A stretch of DNA of 64,000 bases from Escherichia phage vB_EcoM_Lutter. The notes beneath the pieces are model-generated. The model did no database searches. It saw nothing but the letters and a program-made list of their open reading frames with translations, and was not told the origin of the DNA. The position numbers and the translations under genes were made by a program. The DNA lies in the sequence record NC_054924.1; one strand, 5' to 3'. How positions within the stretch are numbered: position 1 is the stretch's first letter; the number at the start of each line of letters is the position of its first letter. This document shows, piece by piece, positions 26,033 through 34,266 of this stretch.

Positions 26033-26317
26033 GCGGAATGAAATGAAAGCAGAAACTGAAGCAACTAAACTGTCTTCAATATAAACTTCAATTTTTACCG
26101 GAGCTTCTGACTCAAATTTACCTGTTACTACACCCTGAAAAATACTTTCAGTCTGTTCTGGCTTTGAAAAATTTTCAGAAGGAAAAATTCCGAACTTTTT
26201 ATCTGTTCCGAAAATTTTGATAAATTCATCATAAACTGCTTCGTTAAAAGCATTATCAGCAGGAATAACGCCTTCAACTACAAGTTCTTGACCTAAAAAG
26301 CGTAAAGAAGATTTCAT
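26027..26317 (-). CDS. Hypothetical protein (alt.-x position)
   Basis: 96 aa ORF, ATG with GAGGA SD 7 nt upstream, driven by the early promoter at 26349..26378. Confidence 0.55.
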   Translation of the reverse strand: MKSSLRFLGQELVVEGVIPADNAFNEAVYDEFIKIFGTDKKFGIFPSENFSKPEQTESIFQGVVTGKFESEAPVKIEVYIEDSLVASVSAFISFRK

Positions 26318-26324
26318 TTTGTGT

Positions 26325-26378
26325 TCCTCATGTTATGTCAGTAAGACTACTATAACACAACACGAGGGACTTGTAAAC
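26325..26378 (-). repeat. 54-nt early-promoter cassette, copy 1 (identical to 40602..40655)
   Basis: Exact 54/54 identity including -35 GTTTAC, -10 TATAGT, 5' UTR and GAGGA SD. Confidence 0.8.
26349..26378 (-). promoter_or_regulatory. T4-type early (sigma70-like) promoter
   Basis: Minus strand GTTTAC, 18 nt spacer, TATAGT; upstream of ORF 26027..26317. Confidence 0.6.
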
Positions 26379-26735
26379 TACATTTTGAACTTTTTAGTAC
26401 GCGTAATAGGCATGCGTCAATTTTATACTGTTTCATTGTTTGAAGAGCAGTATCAAAAACAGCATTAATGACGCCAATTGGATTTCCACCCAAGTTTTTA
26501 AGTTTAACTAATGATAGTTTCTCATTAACACCTATCATTACGATATGCATCATTTTGTCGCCTGGTTTAACGTTTTATCTGTATCACCGCCAGAGGTGTA
26601 TGTACAAAATCTAAATCCAGGAAGCACGCTTTCTTCGCCGGCTTGAATAGCAAAAATTTGTGGTATTTTATGCTTAGGATTTAAGTTAACAACCGGCGCC
26701 GAAGCGCCGTCAAATAATTATGTAATAAGTTCCAT
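26350..26735 (-). pseudogene. Degenerate paralog of the Alt N-terminal region (about 128 codons)
   Basis: Translation MELIT*LFDGASAPVVNLNPKHKIPQIF...GFRFCTYTSGGDT then, after a frameshift, MMHIVMIGVN...QTMKQYKIDACLLRVLKS parallels Alt residues 2-130; in-frame TAA at codon 6; about 70 percent nt identity to 28450..28835. Confidence 0.55.
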
Positions 26736-26738
26736 GAT

Positions 26739-28835
26739 TTATCCTTGAACGAACTTGTAAGGCATGTTTGCAATATCTATGCAAGACGCAATAATTCCAA
26801 GAGATGATTCTACTTTCTGTTTAACATTTGATGAAACAAATGATGCAAAGTCAACTCTGTCTTCTATTTCAATATCACCTGTCATTGCAACCAATTCACC
26901 AGTTTCCATTAAATGGTCTCCATCATAGATTACCGATTCGGTGAGCTCTTCCGTGGTCATAACTTCAGCTTGAATGAGTTTTGTATTATTAGATGTTGTT
27001 CCGTCATTATTAGAAGCATCAGTTATTTTATTAACTTTGACCATCAATCCACGCGGTAGAATAACTTCAGCTTCTGTTGCTATTCCGAGACTTCCTGGAT
27101 ATACAACATTAACTTTATGAGCTCCATCAATTGCCCATCCTATTTGAACTTTAACGTATTCAGGATTTTCTTTATACGCTCTTATTTCGTTTGGATTAAT
27201 AGTTATTCCTTCTTCATTTTTATCAACTGTTAATTCATTGCGAGCTTCTGGTTCTAAAAGACCAATACCAGCATGTGTAATTCCAAAACGTCCAAAAATG
27301 ATAGGAGTTAAAGAAGTAGATACAAAATTTCTGAAATAGAATACTTTATTTTTAACTAGTGCTTCGTATATAGGAGCAGTCATACTTTGAGCACGATAAA
27401 CTGTAATGCCTTCTGGTATACGATCACCATTTTCAAAAGCAGAATCTAAATTAGTTATAGCAGCTTCAATTTCTTTTTCACTCATTACTTCATAACGTTC
27501 TGGATCATAACGACCCAAAAGAAGATTATTGATGTCAGTATATCCTGAACCGCAATACTCTCTAATGCCACGCTTTTGTGATGGAGTATATTTAGAACCA
27601 TCACGGGCAATAGTAATATCAATCATTGGACCTGCACCAATTCCAGAGAAACTATAAATCATTCTTTTGAGGAATTTAGTTTTTGTCGCGTTCCAGGAAT
27701 TTTTAGTTATTTCTTCCCAGACTTCATCTGGCTGTCCTTTACGGGTTTTATTATGTTTATCAAGCCAAGTATCTTTATATTCTTCAAATAATTGATTAAC
27801 AGCTGCTGCGTATTTCTCTAAACATTTTATTGAAGTAGTCGGTTCATTTTTAATCGCATTAAGAATTACATCTTTAATTTTTTCAGAAACTTCATTAACC
27901 TCACTTTTTGAAAAGAATTTATAGTCATAATGAAGTTCATCTGCAGTTCCTTCGGCAATGATTTTTGCTGCCTTAGTTTTAGAAGCTAATGAATTAATTC
28001 CAATTTTCATTTCTTCTGCTTCGGGAATTAAAGGTGCAGTAGCTGGTTTATTAAAATTAGCTGCTGTAGATTCATACTTCTGGAATAATTCACTTTCAAA
28101 TCTAGAAGACTCTAATGATTGACTTTGTGCAATTGCTCTACGGGAAATTTTAACTTTAACGATTACAGCTTGGTCAGAACGTTTATCATTTTCTTGTGCA
28201 ATAGATGCTGCAATTGCCTCATTTTTAGTTACTTGAGCTCCAGTATCTTTATTGATATAAACATCACCGACCTTCGATTCAACTTTAGTAAAGAGCTCAG
28301 TACTAATTTCCGGAACCCCTGGAATGTCTTCTAGTGATACATTTTTGCGATGTATAAGAATATATGCATACTTTTTATCATAATCCCAGAGTTCCTTAAG
28401 AAGGACGTATCTGCCACCTGAACGACTACGGATAAGTCTATCAGCAATAACTTGAATTTGTCGAGCTTGACCAGCAGTTTTAGACTTAAGAATACGGAGC
28501 ATACAGGCATCAATTTTATACTGACGCATTGTTTGCATTGCAACAGTAAAAACCGAATTGATATAATTAATTGGGCTTGGACCAAGACCTTTCAATTTAG
28601 CAATTGAACCTTTAGCGGTTAATGTAAAAGGAACAATATGCATCATTTTATCGCCCATCTTTAAATCGCGATTAGTATCACCTCCAGATGTATAGGTACA
28701 TAAACGAAAACCTGGTTGTTCAATTGCGTCATCAACATGAACTGAAAAAATTTGTGGTATTTTCTTCTTTGGATTTAAGTTTGTAATTGGAAGAGTAGTA
28801 TCTTCGTCAAATAATTCTGTAATTAGTTCCATCAT
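26739..28835 (-). CDS. alt: Alt, head-packaged mono-ADP-ribosyltransferase
   Basis: 698 aa; N-terminal region and ART-like C-terminal half as in T4 Alt; late promoter upstream. Confidence 0.9.
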   Translation of the reverse strand: MMELITELFDEDTTLPITNLNPKKKIPQIFSVHVDDAIEQPGFRLCTYTSGGDTNRDLKMGDKMMHIVPFTLTAKGSIAKLKGLGPSPINYINSVFTVAMQTMRQYKIDACMLRILKSKTAGQARQIQVIADRLIRSRSGGRYVLLKELWDYDKKYAYILIHRKNVSLEDIPGVPEISTELFTKVESKVGDVYINKDTGAQVTKNEAIAASIAQENDKRSDQAVIVKVKISRRAIAQSQSLESSRFESELFQKYESTAANFNKPATAPLIPEAEEMKIGINSLASKTKAAKIIAEGTADELHYDYKFFSKSEVNEVSEKIKDVILNAIKNEPTTSIKCLEKYAAAVNQLFEEYKDTWLDKHNKTRKGQPDEVWEEITKNSWNATKTKFLKRMIYSFSGIGAGPMIDITIARDGSKYTPSQKRGIREYCGSGYTDINNLLLGRYDPERYEVMSEKEIEAAITNLDSAFENGDRIPEGITVYRAQSMTAPIYEALVKNKVFYFRNFVSTSLTPIIFGRFGITHAGIGLLEPEARNELTVDKNEEGITINPNEIRAYKENPEYVKVQIGWAIDGAHKVNVVYPGSLGIATEAEVILPRGLMVKVNKITDASNNDGTTSNNTKLIQAEVMTTEELTESVIYDGDHLMETGELVAMTGDIEIEDRVDFASFVSSNVKQKVESSLGIIASCIDIANMPYKFVQG

Positions 28836-28855
28836 ATCCTCTCTAGTGTTTATTC

Positions 28856-28863
28856 TATTTATA
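28856..28863 (-). promoter_or_regulatory. Late promoter TATAAATA (minus strand) upstream of alt
   Basis: Reverse complement of TATAAATA 20 nt upstream of the alt ATG. Confidence 0.55.
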
Positions 28864-28869
28864 AAATTA

Positions 28870-28885
28870 AAGGCCCGAAGGCCTT
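28870..28885 (-). terminator. Hairpin terminator between ORF 28885..29073 and alt
   Basis: AAGGCC-cgaa-GGCCTT hairpin with T-rich minus-strand tail. Confidence 0.55.
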
Positions 28886-29073
28886 TAGTAATCTAGTGGT
28901 AAGAGAGTACGATATATTTCAAACTTTGGTCCTTTTTCATAGGCATCAAATGTTTCTGTAAATTTATTATAAGCGTATGCATCTACAAATTCGAGAATGA
29001 CTTGTGATACAGAAGTAGAAACATCTCCACCTTCTTTTTGAGCAATGACAATTGTTTCTAAGTAAGCTTTCAT
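28885..29073 (-). CDS. Hypothetical small protein
   Basis: 62 aa ORF, start overlaps ligase stop. Confidence 0.5.
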   Translation of the reverse strand: MKAYLETIVIAQKEGGDVSTSVSQVILEFVDAYAYNKFTETFDAYEKGPKFEIYRTLLPLDY

Positions 29074-30533
29074 AGACCAGTTACCTCATGAAAATCACCA
29101 AATACATCCTCGAATGTATTAGCTTTAGTTTTATCTTCACGTAAACGAATCGCAATCGGAAGAAATAATTTAACGTAATCAGTGCGGCCATCAGATTTTA
29201 ACCAACCGTTGCATTCGCACTCTAGAATTTTTCCAATATAATAATTTTGGTTTTCCATAATGCGAGTACGGTCAAGTTCATGTGATTTTACACCGGCTTT
29301 ATCTTTTAAGCCTGAACCAGCATTTACCTTAATTTTTCCACACTCTGACTCAAGAATAAATCCACCCGCTTTAGTAGGGTCTTTACGGTGAGGATAAATT
29401 CCTACAATTTTTAAATCAACATCAATTACTTCTTTAAATTTATAGAGATTTTTTGAACGAGCATTTTCCCATAATCCATCGATATTTTTGAGAATAATAC
29501 CTTCAAGACCTTGGTCAATATACTTTTTATAAATTACCTTAGCTTCATCTAGGTTATTTACTACCTGGTTTTCAATTAAAATTACTTTATCATAGCCTGA
29601 TGTCATTTGTTCTAGTTTAGAAAAACGTACATCATATTTTAAACGAAACGCCGGAAGACCGTATATTTCTACCAACGGGACATAATCCCAGACCTGAAAC
29701 TTCATGCATTGAGCTTCTTTTTCGGAAATGGTTCCCTTTAAAGATTTATTAGCGATTCCATTAGAAGTAGTACGTGATTCAGCTACTTCGGCGAATTCTT
29801 TGGCTTTACTAATTTCAGGATAAGCATCAAAAAGAAAATCTAGGCCTTCTGGCTCCTTTTTAACTTGCTCATGGTATACCAATTCGCCATCAATTAACAC
29901 GCCTTCTGGATGAATCTGGCGGGCTTCAGCGGTCATTTTGATTAATTCTTCCTTAAGAAGATCTAATCCTAGATATTCATTACCGGCTCGTGATAAAAGA
30001 CGAACATCATCTAATTCATCACCTCTGACTTCGGCAAAGCACCGAGCCCCATCAGCTTTTAACTGGGCAAAGGCTGGAAATTTGATATTCTTATTAATGC
30101 CTTTTTCATCATAAGAACTTGCCAGCATTTGAGGTTGTTCAGGAATTAAACCTGGCCAAACTTTGTTTGCAATAGATACTGAAGCACCACATTCAAGGTC
30201 TCGCATCATCACTCGACGCAAAACTTCAGCATCATCTTTTTTACCATCGGTGATATATCCAGTTAATTCCTCAATTGCTGCATTTCCAGTCAATTTCCGA
30301 GTAGCTAATGTGAATTCAATGAAGTCAAGCATATCGGTAAGAGTCAACATTCCAAAACCCTGGGTAGCAATACCAGGTTTAGGCCATTTCTTGATATAAT
30401 ACTGCAGCCCACGAGAATAAGTCAGACGATATACTCGTTTAAGCAATTCATTATCTTTATTCTTTTCAAGAATTGCTTGCTTCTGCTTAGTTGAACCAAT
30501 AGATGCTATTTCGTTCAGAATTTTAAGAATCAT
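29070..30533 (-). CDS. 30: ATP-dependent DNA ligase gp30
   Basis: 487 aa; sequence MILKILNEIASIGSTKQKQAILEKNK... recognised as T4 DNA ligase. Confidence 0.97.
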   Translation of the reverse strand: MILKILNEIASIGSTKQKQAILEKNKDNELLKRVYRLTYSRGLQYYIKKWPKPGIATQGFGMLTLTDMLDFIEFTLATRKLTGNAAIEELTGYITDGKKDDAEVLRRVMMRDLECGASVSIANKVWPGLIPEQPQMLASSYDEKGINKNIKFPAFAQLKADGARCFAEVRGDELDDVRLLSRAGNEYLGLDLLKEELIKMTAEARQIHPEGVLIDGELVYHEQVKKEPEGLDFLFDAYPEISKAKEFAEVAESRTTSNGIANKSLKGTISEKEAQCMKFQVWDYVPLVEIYGLPAFRLKYDVRFSKLEQMTSGYDKVILIENQVVNNLDEAKVIYKKYIDQGLEGIILKNIDGLWENARSKNLYKFKEVIDVDLKIVGIYPHRKDPTKAGGFILESECGKIKVNAGSGLKDKAGVKSHELDRTRIMENQNYYIGKILECECNGWLKSDGRTDYVKLFLPIAIRLREDKTKANTFEDVFGDFHEVTGL

Positions 30534-30799
30534 TGTTCATCCTTCAGAGTTTGATTTACAGCTCTATTATAAATCAATTCATCATTAAGCTCAGTTAAAG
30601 ACCTATGATATGTAGTTCTAACTTTATTTCCTTGCATCCAGTGCTTGATATAAATGAAACCTTGCTCTACACATTTTTTAAAAATTCGTTCGTCTTTTTG
30701 AGCTCGGAATTCTGGATTGCATCTAAAAAATTGATTTACGTGACCGTAATCACGTGTAGTATTACCTTCATTTTCATAAATAGTGTGAACAACAAACAT
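30530..30799 (-). CDS. Hypothetical protein (30.1 position)
   Basis: 89 aa ORF; ATGA-type overlap with neighbours. Confidence 0.6.
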   Translation of the reverse strand: MFVVHTIYENEGNTTRDYGHVNQFFRCNPEFRAQKDERIFKKCVEQGFIYIKHWMQGNKVRTTYHRSLTELNDELIYNRAVNQTLKDEQ

Positions 30800-31638
30800 T
30801 AGAATGCTCCTTGGAAAATATTATCACCACAAGTAGGTCTATTATACAAATACTCTATACCGCCGGGTTTAATATAGTTCCATGTCTGAAACGGATGTGT
30901 CTGATATGGATGATATAGATGATTATAAGGATTAAATCCAGGAGTTCTCCAGGTAGTGTTCCAACGAAAAGAATCGTTTTTAATCATCTTTTCAATTACA
31001 TCTTTTATAGCTTTTTCACTATCAAAACTTTCTTTATTTTCCTTTGGTGAAAAAAGCTTATTCTCTACATCGTTCCATGTATAAACTCGCTGAGCAGTTT
31101 TTGGAATACTGTCACGTTCCCCTCGAGCCATCCAATAAACAGGAACACTTAATATTTCACTCGCGTGATCGCAGTGGTGAGCGAGATCGTCAATATAACA
31201 AATTACGTTATATTTCTCTTTTGCCTTTTTGAACAACTCTTCTTTTGAAGAATCATGACCACACATCAGTACTTCTGAGAAGGCACCAGGAAAAAGAGCA
31301 TTCAAATTAAATTGACGATTCAGCAGAGCGTCAATAGAATCACCCAGCGCTGTAACAGCTACAAAATTATAATCTTCTTTTAATTTGTTAATTACACACA
31401 GAGCATCTTTATATGGAGACAAGTAACGAATAAAATCTGAACGATTGTATTTTTCAATTAACTTGACACCAAGTTCTTCATCACAATTAAAAAGTTTACC
31501 AGGAGAAATAAATTTTTCATCTTGGATCATTTTTAAAATATGTTCCAACGGAAGATTATATTTCTGAGCAAAATAAGGAAGGCCTGATTGCCAGCTTAAA
31601 CACACTCCATCAATATCAGTTAAAATAGTAGGCTTCAT
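30799..31638 (-). CDS. HAD-superfamily phosphatase/nucleotidase-like protein (30.2 position)
   Basis: 279 aa; N-terminal LTDIDGV matches the HAD DxDGT/V nucleophile motif. Confidence 0.7.
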   Translation of the reverse strand: MKPTILTDIDGVCLSWQSGLPYFAQKYNLPLEHILKMIQDEKFISPGKLFNCDEELGVKLIEKYNRSDFIRYLSPYKDALCVINKLKEDYNFVAVTALGDSIDALLNRQFNLNALFPGAFSEVLMCGHDSSKEELFKKAKEKYNVICYIDDLAHHCDHASEILSVPVYWMARGERDSIPKTAQRVYTWNDVENKLFSPKENKESFDSEKAIKDVIEKMIKNDSFRWNTTWRTPGFNPYNHLYHPYQTHPFQTWNYIKPGGIEYLYNRPTCGDNIFQGAF

Positions 31639-32093
31639 AGAGAGTCTCTTAATAGGTTTAACACATCAATAAATTCAGCTTCGGTTAGTATTGTATCATC
31701 TTTTGTTAGACCACTAGCCATGCTGTGCTTCAAAACTTTTCCTTTCGAGGCTTGTAATGCATCACGAAAGCCCTTGTTTTGGATCGCTGCTTCAAAATAT
31801 GCATTTGTGTATAATTCTTTCCACGCCGGGGAGTATCTTGAAAATGGAACTCCAAGCCAGAAGAGGGTTCCACGGTCCTGAGCTCTTGCATAAGACCTTC
31901 CAGCTTGTTGGGCGGCAAGCCCGGATAACCCAAATATACGACGTTGTTGTTCAACGTTTTTCACCTTGCATCCTTGGAGGAATCCTTCAAGACCTCCAAA
32001 TTGAATACCATCCATAACGAAAGGCCATTGGGCGAAATTACTTAATGCACATGATGGCCACCTAAAATTGCTTCTAATCTCTAACTCAGACAT
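31635..32093 (-). CDS. NADAR-domain (YbiA-like) protein (30.3 position)
   Basis: ATG at 32093 (ORF-track start 32099 is TTG); motif WPSCALSNFAQWPFVMDGIQF...E.F typical of NADAR/DUF1768. Confidence 0.7.
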   Translation of the reverse strand: MSELEIRSNFRWPSCALSNFAQWPFVMDGIQFGGLEGFLQGCKVKNVEQQRRIFGLSGLAAQQAGRSYARAQDRGTLFWLGVPFSRYSPAWKELYTNAYFEAAIQNKGFRDALQASKGKVLKHSMASGLTKDDTILTEAEFIDVLNLLRDSL

Positions 32094-32292
32094 TTTCAAT
32101 GCTTATAATTTCAACATCAGCCCAATGACCATAGCAAGGAAGACGAAATTCAACTGGCCAGTTAGGGTCCTTTTCTAATATAATAGACTCAACTCGTGGT
32201 TCTTCACGTTCATCAGTATATGGATTTTTATCTGTTACTTTATATGTGACCTTAATGTACTGAATTCCAAAAATCTTATTAATTATATTCAT
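32086..32292 (-). CDS. Hypothetical protein
   Basis: 68 aa ORF with ATG start in the tightly packed early cluster. Confidence 0.5.
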   Translation of the reverse strand: MNIINKIFGIQYIKVTYKVTDKNPYTDEREEPRVESIILEKDPNWPVEFRLPCYGHWADVEIISIENV

Positions 32293-32486
32293 ACTAATTC
32301 CTTTAATCCGTAGATAGGAGATAATTCATCACCCATACGAAGGTCTTCATTTCCATCTACCCAGGAAACAATATAAGCCTCTTTTATTTGAATACCACTC
32401 CATTTAAATGGAGGTAGAACCTTAGAAATTAATCCAGGTATACCAACTCCCTTTAATTCAACAGTTTGACCTAAAAAGAACTTCAT
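32289..32486 (-). CDS. Hypothetical protein
   Basis: 65 aa ORF with ATG start. Confidence 0.5.
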   Translation of the reverse strand: MKFFLGQTVELKGVGIPGLISKVLPPFKWSGIQIKEAYIVSWVDGNEDLRMGDELSPIYGLKELV

Positions 32487-32534
32487 TAGAACCTCATCTG
32501 AAAACCGTGCGATTTAACATTACCGCCGCCAATA

Positions 32535-32774
32535 TCAAGAGATATTAATTTCGCGCGCAATTGAAGGGTCAATGTCAATTTCGCGATTGAGTTTAGTGAT
32601 AGCTAAAGTATCACGCCCATTTACAGTACGGAACTCTAAAGGACAAACCACATCAACGTAGTTTTTAATCGATTCGCTAGTAGGCTGCAAATGAGCAGGA
32701 AGGTCTTTAGGCGCCTTTGAGAAAACCACTTCACAGAAATTTTTGCGGGTATCAAAATAAGTAGTCATAAACAT
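32535..32774 (-). CDS. Hypothetical protein
   Basis: 79 aa ORF, GAGGAAA SD; GC hairpin 32791..32806 just upstream. Confidence 0.55.
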   Translation of the reverse strand: MFMTTYFDTRKNFCEVVFSKAPKDLPAHLQPTSESIKNYVDVVCPLEFRTVNGRDTLAITKLNREIDIDPSIAREINIS

Positions 32775-32815
32775 AGTATTTTCCTCAGTAAGGGGCCGAA
32801 GCCCCTCATTTTATT

Positions 32816-33181
32816 TTAAATATCAAATTCGTTAAGAACTACATCAAAGATTGCTTCCAAGTGCTCAGGTTTAGCTTTGTTACTCAGAATATGACGAATC
32901 CAAGTTTTAACTAAGAGTTTACGATTAGCACCATTCCAGCAAGGATGAGTCCCTAAATCACGTTGACGGAAATCATCATCCAGAGCGATTTTAAAGTTGG
33001 AACCTTCCATCGTGATTGAAACCGTGATACCGTTTTCAAATCGCATATAAACGTAGTTAGGAGTCATATACTGTTCGATTTCGCATACTGATCCATTTTG
33101 ATGTTTCCAAAGGCAGATGGTATCAATAGAACCTGCAATACCATTAGAAACATATTTACGTTCAAAGTTAATGTAGTTCAT
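32816..33181 (-). CDS. Hypothetical protein
   Basis: ATG at 33181 with GGAG SD (ORF-track start 33193 is TTG); 121 aa. Confidence 0.6.
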   Translation of the reverse strand: MNYINFERKYVSNGIAGSIDTICLWKHQNGSVCEIEQYMTPNYVYMRFENGITVSITMEGSNFKIALDDDFRQRDLGTHPCWNGANRKLLVKTWIRHILSNKAKPEHLEAIFDVVLNEFDI

Positions 33182-33217
33182 TTTATTCTCCAAGATGTTT
33201 AATTGCGGTACAGGTAT

Positions 33218-33246
33218 ATAATATCATGTCCTGTACCAAAGTAAAC
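33218..33246 (-). promoter_or_regulatory. T4-type early promoter
   Basis: Minus strand GTTTAC, 17 nt spacer, TATTAT; upstream of ORF 32816..33181. Confidence 0.55.
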
Positions 33247-33248
33247 AA

Positions 33249-33581
33249 TTATTTTACTACTTTCCAATGCTGCATGTCAAGTTTACCAACTTTTTTCATC
33301 TTCTCAATTAAGCGTTCGGCACGTTGGCGAGCTGTAACATAATACCATTCACCTAATTCATTTTGTTCAATTTTTCCAACGATTACTGTATTCAATTCAT
33401 AAATCCAACCAGTAAAGAAATTATGAACTTGAATTGTAAAGGTGAAATCTGTTCCCATACCTTCTGTTGTTTCTACTTCAATGATATCACCTTCAACTGC
33501 CATTAAGAACCACATAGTTTCATCATATTTACCATTGAAGCATTTAGTTTTAACTGTAGCGTTCAGATTAATCGTTTTCAT
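33249..33581 (-). CDS. Hypothetical protein
   Basis: 110 aa ORF, AAAGGAGAA SD. Confidence 0.6.
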   Translation of the reverse strand: MKTINLNATVKTKCFNGKYDETMWFLMAVEGDIIEVETTEGMGTDFTFTIQVHNFFTGWIYELNTVIVGKIEQNELGEWYYVTARQRAERLIEKMKKVGKLDMQHWKVVK

Positions 33582-33608
33582 TTTATTCTCCTTTGTTTGT
33601 GTAAGATA

Positions 33609-33638
33609 ATACTATCACAAAGGAACCATACTGTAAAC
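33609..33638 (-). promoter_or_regulatory. T4-type early promoter
   Basis: Minus strand GTTTAC, 18 nt spacer, TAGTAT; upstream of ORF 33249..33581. Confidence 0.55.
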
Positions 33639-33654
33639 AACTTTATGCAATCTT

Positions 33655-33687
33655 TGGAAAATAAAAAAGGACTCCCGAAGGAGTCCT
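33655..33687 (-). terminator. Rho-independent terminator
   Basis: AGGACTCC-cgaa-GGAGTCCT hairpin followed by TTTTTTAT on the minus strand. Confidence 0.7.
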
Positions 33688-33691
33688 CAAC

Positions 33692-33910
33692 TTATGCTTT
33701 CTGCTTACCAAAACGAGAAGCATCATCTCGAAGAACCGCACGTGCTCGGCGCATGATCTTCTCAACAGTTTGATTGATACGAGAGTTCGACCCACGCTTG
33801 TAGCCAGCGCGTTTAGAATCACCAACTTTCTTTTCAACTGCTTTCTTTGCTTTAGCTTGTTTTGCCATTATAAATTCTCTTTTAAATGAAAATGCAGGAC
33901 TTATTGGCAT
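33692..33910 (-). CDS. Small highly basic protein (30.9-like position); start may be ATG 33910 or ATG 33868
   Basis: 72 aa ORF (58 aa from internal ATG); K/R-rich MAKQAKAKKAVEKKVGDSKRAGYKRG... Confidence 0.5.
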   Translation of the reverse strand: MPISPAFSFKREFIMAKQAKAKKAVEKKVGDSKRAGYKRGSNSRINQTVEKIMRRARAVLRDDASRFGKQKA

Positions 33911-34266
33911 TGCCTGCGCAAGCCCTCAAGGGGAACATAGGTTTTTGGATATTTAACGACCAGGATAACCATAAACCCGTCATCATACCTTATAGCTCTT
34001 ATCTGTTGCACACCGTTAGCTTAAAGGTTCCGGGTTCGATTTCTCGAGGATAAGATATATACTGATGGATATATAGGCCTTGAGGCGTACTCCCGATTGG
34101 CCATCACCTCGGGGTAGCATGCACTTGCCGCTATAAGAATAACATTCAAGAGGTACACCGTAAAACTGCCGGGGTCTTAAAACTATAATGATTCGCAAAT
34201 CATTAATCAGACAGTTCGACGGCTCCTCGATTTTAGCTCACACTAAGGCAGTGAATCTCCAGTAAA
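33911..34266. other. GC-rich noncoding island between rIII and the 30.x ORFs, function unassigned
   Basis: About 355 bp without a convincing ORF; locally GC-rich against an AT-rich genome; multiple inverted repeats. Confidence 0.3.

Noticed and set aside
28885-29073. Possibility that the 62-aa ORF between ligase and alt is an inserted anti-defence gene
   Set aside because: No recognisable motif and I cannot recall whether T4 has an equivalent ORF; kept as a hypothetical CDS only.
34030-34054. tRNA-like T-loop motif GGGTTCGATTT suggesting a tRNA gene
   Set aside because: Flanking sequence does not form a T-stem, acceptor stem or anticodon arm on either strand; at most a degenerate remnant.
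34016-34198. 60-aa ORF (minus strand) inside the GC-rich island
   Set aside because: No SD, Cys/Pro/Gly-rich composition typical of GC-rich noncoding DNA, and no neighbouring gene context; more likely noncoding.
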